A stretch of 64,000 nucleotides of DNA, taken from NCBI GenBank assembly GCA_046295395.1, contig JBKBNH010000002.1, forward strand, positions 142,056 through 206,055, in the 5' to 3' direction. The notes beneath the pieces were generated by a model. That model did not search any database and was not told the DNA's origin. It saw only the letters and a list, made by a program, of their open reading frames with translations. The stretch comes from Flavobacteriales bacterium. Lineage in GTDB: Bacteria > Bacteroidota > Bacteroidia > Flavobacteriales_D > JBKBNH01. The translations under genes and the position numbers were made by a program. Every line of letters begins with the position of its first letter. The first letter of the stretch is position 1. Below, in pieces: positions 38,001 through 46,614 of the stretch.

Positions 38001-38425
38001 TAAACTACGTTATCTATGTTGTTAAGTATAGTGGTTAGTTTTTCATTTGTTTCATTTATTTGTTTGAAAGCTTTTAAAGACTCTGAATTATCTATAATTC
38101 TGATTATAAAATAATCTTTTTTGTTTTCGTTAACAACGTTGATATGAAAATCAACCAAGCTTTTATTACCGTTAAAATCCGAAAGCAGTTTTACGCCTTT
38201 CCAATTTTTATAATTAATTAGTTGTTCAGTAATATCTTTAATATCGTTTTCATCTAAATGGATAAGGTTTTTTTCCCACCAGTTTTGGTTAAGTAAATTG
38301 TTTTCAGCACAAGCTAATAGCTTACACACATAAGGATTAATAGCTAAAATTTTATAAGAATTCGCGTCAATAAGAAAAATAGCATCTGAAGAGGAACCGA
38401 AATATAAATTAAATTTAGACAGCAT
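35078..38425 (-). CDS. Cytoplasmic multi-PAS sensor histidine kinase (HisKA_2 / HWE-like core)
   Basis: 1115 aa with no TM segment. There are at least five PAS/PAC-like modules (repeated ...RDITE/RDISELK endings), an H-box KEVHHRVKNNLQVISSILNLQ, and a HATPase C-terminus (EDNGIGLP...LGLQLVYTL). Its ATG overlaps the upstream stop (TAATG). Confidence 0.85.
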   Translation of the reverse strand: MLSKFNLYFGSSSDAIFLIDANSYKILAINPYVCKLLACAENNLLNQNWWEKNLIHLDENDIKDITEQLINYKNWKGVKLLSDFNGNKSLVDFHINVVNENKKDYFIIRIIDNSESLKAFKQINETNEKLTTILNNIDNVVYNITIDDKGNKYIRYVSPYIEQLFGFSVDEFITLSKSNKLIRYYHPNDLSSILEISKSIKHTTKPIKHTYRFLPGNSSNYIYIEETIIPQFDVNKKHIGNFGIARNVTDEAHYKNYLKESEERYRSLFENNITGVFRTRLNGEMVICNTAFANIFGYKSFEEMKSVKSESFYFSKKERDNYVKKLLKERSLFNYEARYKTKAGKEIFTLNNVYIVKNEKGKDTFIEGTLIDITQTKKLKDETIRAELAEEANKKLIKEIENHKKTQQELIKNQEFTKNMINSSLDMIMATDINNKITQISPSSLLAFGYTKEEMINLSATDLYYYYEDFEKVISSITKHGLFLGEITNIRKDKTLFTSYLSATTIKDNKGNIVGYMGISRDISELKKAEEGLIESEKKFRSLFENMYDAILLLDEKNNFIDINQAARKLFELNENVHTGNLYDFVHPNSLEYCLKYSKILRKEGFIQRFTIQITTAKGNNRFVELSSTAVYEEGKYVGSRDVLRDITKIIESEELVKQQSSKIQSFFENTSNMMMFTMNKNMELTSFNSALIDIMKKHINIDIKNGDKILEYLKPFMNNNKFKAMKEIYLTALNGEVQEFQGSINGLYGKPIWLEMFLTPIRVKGQKIIEIAGLIHEITEKKVAEIKLKKSEEYNKAMINALPDLIFRMTADGYYLDVFYKSEDQLAIKPEKFIGGRVTDLINPELGKQFLKNIKKAVKTDEIIPFEYSLKVNGKQGFFEARYVNINNKEVLVIIRDITEQKTAETKLLESLKEKEILLKEVHHRVKNNLQVISSILNLQSSFVTDKDTISILKEGQNRIKSMSFIHEILYQTKNFSEVNFADYLNNLITNLFHTYAINSSNIKLVKDIDNIRVSLDQAIPCGLIVNEIISNALKYAFPNNAKGEIFLSLKQEHNQIQIRIEDNGIGLPKNFDVENSSSLGLQLVYTLIEQLDGTIKVNSKKGTKYLITFAPAS

Positions 38426-39960
38426 TAAGGTATATCGAGTTTCGGGGTAATTTTTAAACCGTCTAATTTATGTTCTATTCCATTTTTATACAACACAGTC
38501 ATTATGGGAGTTCCATATTCATCATATTTTTTCCACTCTCCATCTTTATTTCCGTTTCTGTAAGAGCCCTCCCACATCACCTGTCCTGAATTATAGTAAT
38601 ACTTGTGCTTATTAATCGGTATTCCGTTTATATATTCTCCTTTAAAACTTAGTTTTCCATTATCAAAATAGTGTTCCCACACACCATGAAGCAAACCATC
38701 TCTGTATCCACCTATTTCTTTGTGATCACCAAGCTCATAAAACCAATTTCCCTCTCTTACTCCACCAACATATTCTCCTTTAGTTATTACTGTTCCAAGA
38801 GAATCATATTCTATTACTTCTCCTTCTTCTCTTCCTTTTATAAAAGTTTCTTCTCGCCAAAGTTGTTTGTTAATATACCATTTTTTCCAAAGGCCATGGG
38901 GTAGATTATTAACATATTTTCCTTTCTGTTGAATCATCCCGTTTTTGTAATAAAAAATCCATTCTCCAACTTTATTTCCACTAGAAAAATCACCTTCAGA
39001 TTGTAATTCACCGGTAGAAAAGTAATATTTCCATCTACCTTCTTCTCTATCTAGCGAATCTCTTCTTCCTTGGGCAATCATAACATCATCTTTATAAAGA
39101 TAAGTCACTAGCACTGTTTCTGTTGTATCAAAATGCCTAAATATTCCGTGTTTTTTATCTTGTTTTAAACCTCCCAATATTTTAAGTTTACCGTTAGGAT
39201 GGTATTCTCTATACAGTTCTAAAAATATTGTTTCTTCAGATTCTTCATCAATAACACCTTCAGTAAATTTATCCATACTCTTCAGGCCGCCATCACTATT
39301 ATATTGTTTAATCAATCCATCAATTTCTCCATTTTTAAAAGATCCCTCCCATTTTACCTTTCCATCAGGATAAAACTCTTTCCAAACTCCTGTTTTGCTT
39401 CCTTTCTCATCGTATCGATTAATTTTTTCTTCACTCCTTAAAAATCCGGCTAAATACGTCCTTAGAGTTATTATATTTCCGGTGGTGTCGTATTCTATTT
39501 CTTTGCCGTCTTTGTTGCCATCTTTGTAAATATAAGCAGTTTTAATCCTTCCATTTTGATGAAACTCAAAAGCTTCACCCTGTTTTACGTTGTTTATGTA
39601 ATTTATTTTTTCTACCAAACAACCCAAGGTATCATATGTCCTAGAAACACCGTTTTTTTTATCTTCCTCGTAGTTTATTTCATACAAAAGTTGTTCATGT
39701 TCAGTATAAAAATACCAGATACCGGTTAGTTTGTGATTTATTCTGTTTCCTGCACTTTTTTTGTTTCCGTTGTCGAAATATGTAATCCAAAAACCTTCAG
39801 GTTTTCCATTTTTCATAATTCCTTCACTACTTTTTACTCCATTAGGATAATAAAATACAGTATAACCATCAGAATTTATTTTCTGTGAAAAAGAAAATAA
39901 AGCAAAAAAAACAATTCCAAAACAAAAAACGGTTTTCAACATATATCTATAAAAAATCAT
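38425..39960 (-). CDS. Exported MORN-repeat-variant (YwqK-like) repeat protein
   Basis: 511 aa with a signal peptide, then about 18 repeats of the Y-x-N-G-x-(K/L)-x-x-E-G-x-x-x-N-G-x-x-x-G-x-W type (YPNGVKSSEGIMKNGKPEGFW, YYNSGQVMWEGSYRNGNKDGEW). Confidence 0.8.
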   Translation of the reverse strand: MIFYRYMLKTVFCFGIVFFALFSFSQKINSDGYTVFYYPNGVKSSEGIMKNGKPEGFWITYFDNGNKKSAGNRINHKLTGIWYFYTEHEQLLYEINYEEDKKNGVSRTYDTLGCLVEKINYINNVKQGEAFEFHQNGRIKTAYIYKDGNKDGKEIEYDTTGNIITLRTYLAGFLRSEEKINRYDEKGSKTGVWKEFYPDGKVKWEGSFKNGEIDGLIKQYNSDGGLKSMDKFTEGVIDEESEETIFLELYREYHPNGKLKILGGLKQDKKHGIFRHFDTTETVLVTYLYKDDVMIAQGRRDSLDREEGRWKYYFSTGELQSEGDFSSGNKVGEWIFYYKNGMIQQKGKYVNNLPHGLWKKWYINKQLWREETFIKGREEGEVIEYDSLGTVITKGEYVGGVREGNWFYELGDHKEIGGYRDGLLHGVWEHYFDNGKLSFKGEYINGIPINKHKYYYNSGQVMWEGSYRNGNKDGEWKKYDEYGTPIMTVLYKNGIEHKLDGLKITPKLDIP

Positions 39961-40401
39961 AAAAAAGAAAAGTTATTTAAAAATCTATATTGTTATTATT
40001 AGCTTATTCATACTGTTTAATAATTATACCACTTTTATTTGTTAGGATCACTTATTAGTTTTAAGTAACACGTTATTAACACCTTTTAAATACATAATCA
40101 CTTAATATATAAACACATGACACCTAATGAACATTTTAGGTGATTGGTTATCATTGTTCAAATTTACTGTATTTTTTTTGGTTATTTATTGTTAGAATGA
40201 TGCTCACAAGTATTGCATTAAAACTTTCTAAGTATTTTGGTTGTTAAACCTATAATATACATCTGATAAATAAACTCGACTTAACAAGAAAAAGTTCTAC
40301 ACTTTTTGAACAACGGTACTGACAAATTAGTAACAGGTTATAAACGCTTTTTAAGTTCTTATAATTATACTTATTTTTATACCGCATAAAAAAAATAAAA
40401 A

Positions 40402-40833
40402 ATGAAAATTGCTATCGGTTCAGATCATGCAGGTTTTGAAAGAAAACAAACAGTTATTAAAACACTAGAAAAAAAAGGAATAGGAATTAAGGATTTTGGT
40501 TGTTATTCTAATGATAGTGTAGACTATCCTGATTTTGCTCATGCGGTAGCATCGGGAGTTGAAAAAAAGGAGTTTGATTTGGGTATTTTACTTTGTGGCA
40601 GTGGTAATGGAATTAATATGACAGCCAATAAACATAGTGGAATTAGAGCAGCTTTATGCTGGAAAGCGGAAATAGCGTCTTTAGCAAGACAACACAATAA
40701 TGCTAATATACTTACTTTGCCTGCCCGATTTATTTCTGATGATGAAGCAATAGAAATAACAGCGGCTTTTTTGTCGGCATCTTTTGAGGGGGGTAGACAC
40801 CAAAACAGAGTAAATAAAATTGCTTGTATATAA
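40402..40833 (+). CDS. rpiB: Ribose-5-phosphate isomerase B
   Basis: 143 aa; MKIAIGSDHAGFERK...LCGSGNGINMTANKHSGIRAALCW is the RpiB/LacAB signature. Confidence 0.9.
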   Translation: MKIAIGSDHAGFERKQTVIKTLEKKGIGIKDFGCYSNDSVDYPDFAHAVASGVEKKEFDLGILLCGSGNGINMTANKHSGIRAALCWKAEIASLARQHNNANILTLPARFISDDEAIEITAAFLSASFEGGRHQNRVNKIACI

Positions 40834-42374
40834 ATAAATTAAGATATAAATTAATAAGTAAACCCGGTATTTTTTTTATCGGGTTTGTTTTTACTTTAAT
40901 TAGCTGCCACTCTTCCAAAAAGATAAGGATAGCTTATAGCGAAAACGCTGCAAAATATGCGGATATAATTAATAAAGAGGAATTAAAAAACGTGGTTTAT
41001 GAAATTTCTTCTGACGATTATGAAGGAAGAGAAACAGGAAAGCGCGGACAAAAAAAAGCAGCGGATTTTATAGCAGCATTTTATAAAAACAATCAATTTT
41101 CACACCCTAGTGGATTGTCCGGATTTTTTCATGAATATCCACTAGAGATTCACCAACCAACAAAAGTAAATTTGTGTTTAAATGATGAGGTATACCCTTT
41201 TTTCTCAGAGTTTTACTGTTTTGGAGACTTAAAAGACACAACGTACCAATGGAATGAAATAATTTATGTTGGCTATGGAATAGAAGAGGACGCATATTCT
41301 GACTACAAAGAACTAAATATAAAAGGAAAAGTAGTAGTGATAAAAGAGGGTGTGCCTGATGGGGTGAATTTTAAAAATGATTGGGAAAACTGGAGGGTAA
41401 AGTATAAGCTCGCCCAGGAAAAAGAGGCCGCTGCTGTGTTTGTAGTAAAAGATAAGTTTTATGATAATGCAAATGTACTTTCGGCTTTATATACAAGTAA
41501 TAAGGTAAAATTGCCAGAAAAGTTTAAAAAACCCACATTCTTTTCTATTCCCAATGTGTACATAAGTAAAAAGCTTTTCGAAGAATTTTTTAAAACAAAA
41601 GAAGTAACAACGGGCACAATTAGTAATACAATAATAGAACTTATCGCCTCAACCAAAATAGAAACCCTAACAGCAGAAAACATAATTGCAACTATAGGAG
41701 GAACAGATCTAAAAGAGGAGGTGGTAGTTATTTCATCCCATTATGACCATATAGGTTTTGATGATTTTGGAAATGTGTGCAATGGAGCCGACGACAACGC
41801 TACAGGCACGTCGGCAACCATGCAAATAGCTAAAGCATTTAAAGAGGCAGAAAAAGCAGGAATAAAACCTAGAAGAACTCTCGTTTTTATTCATTTTTCA
41901 GGCGAAGAAAAGGGACTGTTAGGCTCAACCTATTATGCTTCTTCGCCTTTATATAGTATGAATAAAACAACAGCCAATTTGAATATAGATATGGTTGGCC
42001 GAACAGATAACCAGCACACGAACCCAAACTATGTTTACCTTATAGGCTCGGATAAAATAAGTTCTAATTTAGATAAGATATGTAAAGAAGTAAAAACAAC
42101 GTATGAGTATAATCTAAACTTAGACTATACCTACAACAAGCCCAACGAACCCAATAGGTTTTATTATCGCTCAGACCATTACAACTTTGCTAAATTTGGT
42201 GTTCCAGCGGTGTTCTTTTTTACCGGTATACACGAAGATTACCACAAACACACAGACACGGCAGAGAAAATAGATTACGATAAACTGGAAATTATTTCGA
42301 AATATGTTTTTACCGTTGCTTGGAACCTTGCTTATTCAAATGTTTCTTTGAGAAAAGACAACCTGGAAAAATAG
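40824..42374 (+). CDS. M28-family metallo-aminopeptidase with PA domain (lipoprotein)
   Basis: Lipobox FTLISC, a PA-like insert, and M28 metal ligands (SSHYDHIG, GADDNATGTS, FSGEEKGLLGS, DHYNFAKFGVPAVFFFTG..DYHKHTD). It overlaps the rpiB end by 10 nt. Confidence 0.85.
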   Translation: MYINKLRYKLISKPGIFFIGFVFTLISCHSSKKIRIAYSENAAKYADIINKEELKNVVYEISSDDYEGRETGKRGQKKAADFIAAFYKNNQFSHPSGLSGFFHEYPLEIHQPTKVNLCLNDEVYPFFSEFYCFGDLKDTTYQWNEIIYVGYGIEEDAYSDYKELNIKGKVVVIKEGVPDGVNFKNDWENWRVKYKLAQEKEAAAVFVVKDKFYDNANVLSALYTSNKVKLPEKFKKPTFFSIPNVYISKKLFEEFFKTKEVTTGTISNTIIELIASTKIETLTAENIIATIGGTDLKEEVVVISSHYDHIGFDDFGNVCNGADDNATGTSATMQIAKAFKEAEKAGIKPRRTLVFIHFSGEEKGLLGSTYYASSPLYSMNKTTANLNIDMVGRTDNQHTNPNYVYLIGSDKISSNLDKICKEVKTTYEYNLNLDYTYNKPNEPNRFYYRSDHYNFAKFGVPAVFFFTGIHEDYHKHTDTAEKIDYDKLEIISKYVFTVAWNLAYSNVSLRKDNLEK

Positions 42375-42376
42375 AG

Positions 42377-43642
42377 CTATTCTTTTAACAGCAACTCTAT
42401 AAAACGAATGGTTTCTTTAGTATAATCGGTGTAGTGTTTTCCGGTTCCCGGGCCAGTAAAACCCGTGTGAATTTTTCTGACGTTGCCTTTTTTGTCAATA
42501 AACATGGAGGTAGGAAAACTCATTACATGGTTTAACTGAGGAAAAGCCGCCCCCGCCGAAGCCTTGCTCGCCCCCCCACCCACAACAAAATCATATTTCG
42601 CACCAGTAAACGAAATAAGATCGTTTATTCGCTCCTTCTTCTTTTCTAAAGAATCAGGCAATTCAAAACCTACCCCCAATATTCGCAGCCCGGATTTGTG
42701 GTAGGTCTCGTGAAGCTCCGTATAAAAACGAGTTTCGTCTAGGCAGTTAGGACACCACGAACCCAACAACTGAATAATAACCACTTTGTTTTCATATTCT
42801 TTCGAAGGAAAAACAAGACTATCCGCTCCCCCAACCCTTGGTAAAGCAAAATAAATATTGCGGTACTCAGGTTTTAGAAAGGTTAATTTATAAGGATTTT
42901 CGAGCTGGAAAAGATCATTTTTAAAAGCGTTCCACTTTATATGGTAATGATTGCCAGAATAAAAATTACCCCGAAGAGTGTCATTAATCATTTCAGCATC
43001 AAACATAAAAGCATGAGAGCCGTCAAAAGTGGATAAAAATATTTTATTACCACTCACGCCCCCCTCCAAATATCGATAATCTCCTGTTTTTGTTAAGAAA
43101 GTTCCTGAAATTTTATTACCCTCTTGAAAAAATTCCCCGATTGCTTTTTCGCTGCGGCAATTATAAGAACCATCCCCAAAAAAGACCTCATATTTTCCAC
43201 TGAAATTAAAAGTATCGGCATTCTCGACGCCCAATAAAATCCTCCCGGTTCTTTTACCGGAATATTGACCATAAACCGGAATAAAATAATCAACGCCTTT
43301 CTGCTTGTTAAGCCAACGACCATCTAAAGTTGTTTTTGAGCTAATGCGCAACCCTAACCAGGAATCAAATACCGCAATTTTGCAAAAAAGAGAATCGCCT
43401 CGCACCCAATATTGACTTCCTAATCGTTCATCTGCATTTAATAAAAACAGAGAATCAGACGTAAACTCAACATGAAAAGGTAAAATCACACTGTCGTTTA
43501 GAGGCATTTCCATTCGCCAAATACCCACACCAATTCTTGTAAAATCGATATCATTTTTTTCTTTGTTTTTCTTTGATAAACAAGATGTTAAAATAAAAAC
43601 AACAATAATAAAAATACCCGAAAACCGTCCTAATATTTGCAT
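42377..43642 (-). CDS. TlpA-family thiol:disulfide oxidoreductase with N-terminal lipocalin-like extension
   Basis: The C-terminal thioredoxin fold has LLGSWCPNC. The protein is 421 aa with an N-terminal signal/lipoprotein sequence (LTSC). Confidence 0.8.
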   Translation of the reverse strand: MQILGRFSGIFIIVVFILTSCLSKKNKEKNDIDFTRIGVGIWRMEMPLNDSVILPFHVEFTSDSLFLLNADERLGSQYWVRGDSLFCKIAVFDSWLGLRISSKTTLDGRWLNKQKGVDYFIPVYGQYSGKRTGRILLGVENADTFNFSGKYEVFFGDGSYNCRSEKAIGEFFQEGNKISGTFLTKTGDYRYLEGGVSGNKIFLSTFDGSHAFMFDAEMINDTLRGNFYSGNHYHIKWNAFKNDLFQLENPYKLTFLKPEYRNIYFALPRVGGADSLVFPSKEYENKVVIIQLLGSWCPNCLDETRFYTELHETYHKSGLRILGVGFELPDSLEKKKERINDLISFTGAKYDFVVGGGASKASAGAAFPQLNHVMSFPTSMFIDKKGNVRKIHTGFTGPGTGKHYTDYTKETIRFIELLLKE

Positions 43643-43732
43643 CTAACTCGTAAATTCGGGTGAAAATGTAATAAAAACTTGCATTATATTTTGACTATAA
43701 TGCAACTATTTGTCGAAATTTAATGTCTTGAA

Positions 43733-44284
43733 ATGGCGGTGAACGAAAAATATAAGGACGACAAAGCTCTAGTTGAAGGCTGCGCAAAAGGCGAAAGGTT
43801 GGCACAACAAGAGTTGTTTAGTCGTTTTTCGGGAAAAATGCTCTCGGTTTGTAAGCGATATGCAGAAAATCAAGAAGAGGCAGAAGATATGTTGCAAGAA
43901 GGGTTTTTAAAAACATTTGTAAAAATAGAGTTCTTTAAAAACGAAGGGTCGCTAGAGGGGTGGATTAGAAGAATAATGGTTAATACAGCGTTGGATTTAT
44001 TAAGAAAAAACAAAAACTTAAAAAACAACGTTGACCTAGAAACCACCTATAACCTTTCTTCGAACCAGGAAAATGCCCTTCAAAGCTTAGGGGCGGAGGA
44101 GTTGATGAAAATGTTAAATGAAATGCCGGTGGGTTACAGAACTGTTTTTAACCTGTTTGTAATAGAAGGATACAGCCACAAAGAAATAGGAGAAATGCTG
44201 GAAATATCTGAAAACACGTCAAAATCACAATTTTCGCGAGCCCGGGCACACTTAAAGAACCTTTTGGAAAAATATTACGTCTAG
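43733..44284 (+). CDS. ECF-type RNA polymerase sigma-70 factor
   Basis: Region 2 (EDMLQEGFLKTFVKI...WIRRIMVNTALDLLRK) and region 4 HTH (YRTVFNLFVIEGYSHKEIGEMLEISENTSKSQFSRARAHLK). Confidence 0.9.
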   Translation: MAVNEKYKDDKALVEGCAKGERLAQQELFSRFSGKMLSVCKRYAENQEEAEDMLQEGFLKTFVKIEFFKNEGSLEGWIRRIMVNTALDLLRKNKNLKNNVDLETTYNLSSNQENALQSLGAEELMKMLNEMPVGYRTVFNLFVIEGYSHKEIGEMLEISENTSKSQFSRARAHLKNLLEKYYV

Positions 44285-44291
44285 TAGTAAA

Positions 44292-45386
44292 ATGGAAAAA
44301 TATTACGATATAGAAAATCTTTTTAAAGAGGCTCTTCAAAATCATGAAAGCCCTGTTAACCCCGATTTATGGGTCAACTTATCGAATTCTTTAAGCGCGG
44401 GAGCAACAACAACTTCTGCCGCAGGCGCAGTCGTTGCAAAATCGTCGTTGATTAAATCCATCATCATGGGAGTTTCGGCAACAGCCGCAGTGGCAACCTC
44501 CGCTTATTTTATCGCAACCTCTTTTGCAGAAAAATCAGCGAATCAGCCGAAGGAGGAAATAGCACAAACAATTTTACCGGAACAAAACACTCCAAACAAA
44601 GAGGAAAATATAGCTGAAACAGAAAAAATTGAGGAAAACAAAACACAAAAAAATCAGGAAAATAACCCCCTTTTAACGGGCTATCAACCAACTCATAAAT
44701 CGGCCGCAGAATCTTTTAGCACGCCAAAACACAAAAGAGATTTTGGCTACACGCCAAGCAGATTGCCGGATAAAAAACCAGATACCGCCCCTTCTGCAAA
44801 AGAAAGCCCAAAGCAGGAAAACGAAAAGCCACAAACAGAAGCCCAAGCCAACGAAAAGCCGGCCTTACCAAAATCGGTAGACATACACATAAGCAAAAAC
44901 AAACCGGACGCTTTTGAAGAGGTTGTTATAAAAAGTAGCCTGCCACAGGCTGAAAATACGTGGTCCTTGCCTGATGGAACCATAAAAATCGGCCCGGAAC
45001 TAACCGTTTCCTTCGAAAAATATGGAGCAAATAAAATACAGCTTATTTCGACTCTTGAAAACGGTGAAGAACTAAACCAAACACGAATTATTCAGGTAAA
45101 TCCAATATCCTCGATAGGAGAATTGCCCAATATCATTACGCCAAATAACGATGGCATAAATGATGAATATGTTGTAAGAATATACAATATTCAAGAATGG
45201 AGCTTGGTTGTTTTAAACACAAACGGAGCCGAAACGTTTAAGTCTTTCGATATTAACGATACGTGGAAAGGAACAGACCAAGCCGGAAACAGGCTGCCAA
45301 TAGGATCATACCAGATAATAATCAAAGCCATAGGCACTGACGGTAAAATACATAAAGCTTACCAGATAGTTAAGCTCACGTATTAA
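44292..45386 (+). CDS. Sigma-adjacent single-pass membrane protein (anti-sigma-like N-terminus) ending in a T9SS type B (CHU_C) domain
   Basis: About 45 aa of cytoplasmic N-terminus with a PDLW motif, one TM helix (IIMGVSATAAVATSAYFIATSF), a Pro/Glu/Lys-rich linker, an Ig/PKD-like domain, then ELPNIITPNNDGINDEYVV...YQIIIKAIGTDGKIHKAYQIVKLTY. Confidence 0.7.
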   Translation: MEKYYDIENLFKEALQNHESPVNPDLWVNLSNSLSAGATTTSAAGAVVAKSSLIKSIIMGVSATAAVATSAYFIATSFAEKSANQPKEEIAQTILPEQNTPNKEENIAETEKIEENKTQKNQENNPLLTGYQPTHKSAAESFSTPKHKRDFGYTPSRLPDKKPDTAPSAKESPKQENEKPQTEAQANEKPALPKSVDIHISKNKPDAFEEVVIKSSLPQAENTWSLPDGTIKIGPELTVSFEKYGANKIQLISTLENGEELNQTRIIQVNPISSIGELPNIITPNNDGINDEYVVRIYNIQEWSLVVLNTNGAETFKSFDINDTWKGTDQAGNRLPIGSYQIIIKAIGTDGKIHKAYQIVKLTY

Positions 45387-45389
45387 TTT

Positions 45390-46517
45390 TTAAGGCTTTT
45401 GATTAAAACCCAATAGGCGTATCATTTTTTGGTGTACTGTTGTGTTGTCCATAATACCACTAAACTGTTCAGATCCCGGGCCGTAAGCAAATATAGGAAC
45501 CATTACCCCGGTGTGGTAATCAGTTGTAAAAGCGGGCTTAATAATTCCGGTCTCTAAACTACCCTCATTAATAGCATACCCCCCGGTTTCGTGGTCGGCT
45601 ACAACCAACACAAGGGTATTTCCATCCTTTTCTGCAAAATCCAAAGCCTTTCCAATAGCTTTATCAAAATCTATAAGCTCAGTAATGATATACTCTGAAC
45701 GATTGTCGTGACCTCCCCAGTCTATTTGAGAGCCTTCAATCATAATGAAAAACCCCCCCTCATTCTTATGGTTTAAATTTTTAAGCGCAACATCTGTGGC
45801 TTGCGGTAAAAAATCGCCCCTACCATCTATTATAGAAGGTTGGTGCTTGTTGTGCGCCATGAACATTAGTTTTTCTGAAAAAACCCAATCTCCCGGTTGA
45901 CTAAGGCTGTCAATCATCACATATCCTTTTTCTTTCAGCTCTTTAATTAAATTTCTTTGATCTCTACGCTTGTAAAAATGCTCTTTTCCCCCCGCCATCA
46001 ATAAATTAACTCCCGACTCTAAAAACTGTAATGCCAAAGATTCATCAACAAAATTTCTTCTGTTTTGATGACCGTAAAAAGCAGCCGGAGTGGCATGGGT
46101 AAATGAACAAGTGGCGATAATCCCGGTTTTAAAACGATTCTCTACCGCATACTCCAGAATTGTCTTCAGGTCGCTACTGTCAACAGGAGATTGAGAAAGC
46201 ATGCCGTTTCTCGTTTTTTTACCTGTAGCATAAGCTGTTGCCCCCGCAGCAGAGTCGGTTATCATGTCATCGTAAGCATGAGTGGTTACCAACCCCGTAA
46301 CAGGAAAACGACCATAATTTAAAACCCCGCCATTAGCATACCATCCTGCCGTTATGTGTGTTAAACCCGTACCATCGGCAATCATCAAAATAATATTTTT
46401 CGGGGTTTTTACACCCTCCTTTTGAGGGGCAGGTTCTTTAACGGCTGAGCCAGAACAACTCATTAACAATAGACATCCCCAAATAAAACCGCTGTGTGTT
46501 TTCATAAAAACTGACAT
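45390..46517 (-). CDS. Alkaline phosphatase (PhoA family)
   Basis: Signal peptide, MIADGTG metal site, nucleophile motif ITDSAAGATAYATG, and C-terminal DHETGG and HTG ligands. Confidence 0.85.
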   Translation of the reverse strand: MSVFMKTHSGFIWGCLLLMSCSGSAVKEPAPQKEGVKTPKNIILMIADGTGLTHITAGWYANGGVLNYGRFPVTGLVTTHAYDDMITDSAAGATAYATGKKTRNGMLSQSPVDSSDLKTILEYAVENRFKTGIIATCSFTHATPAAFYGHQNRRNFVDESLALQFLESGVNLLMAGGKEHFYKRRDQRNLIKELKEKGYVMIDSLSQPGDWVFSEKLMFMAHNKHQPSIIDGRGDFLPQATDVALKNLNHKNEGGFFIMIEGSQIDWGGHDNRSEYIITELIDFDKAIGKALDFAEKDGNTLVLVVADHETGGYAINEGSLETGIIKPAFTTDYHTGVMVPIFAYGPGSEQFSGIMDNTTVHQKMIRLLGFNQKP

Positions 46518-46580
46518 TTCAGCAAAGTTAGCTTAATCATAAGAGAATAGAAAAAACAAAATTTCACCTGTTAATTTTTC

Positions 46581-46588
46581 TACTTTTG
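46581..46588 (+). promoter_or_regulatory. Bacteroidetes-type -7 promoter box (TAnnTTTG)
   Basis: TACTTTTG lies 27 nt upstream of the ATG at 46615. Confidence 0.45.
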
Positions 46589-46614
46589 CTGACGGAATTA
46601 AAAAACAAAAAACC

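Noticed and set aside
39961-40401. Very AT-rich 440-bp divergent region, considered as a replication origin or DNA-unwinding element
   Set aside because: No DnaA-box cluster (only a poor TTATACCAC). It is more simply a divergent promoter region at the edge of the low-GC operon.
40860-40886. Terminator-like hairpin AAACCCG-(13 nt)-CGGGTTT plus T-run just after rpiB
   Set aside because: It lies inside the only available reading frame for the M28 peptidase signal peptide (KPGIFFIGFVFTLISC), and there is no downstream alternative start. It is not called as a terminator, although partial attenuation cannot be excluded.
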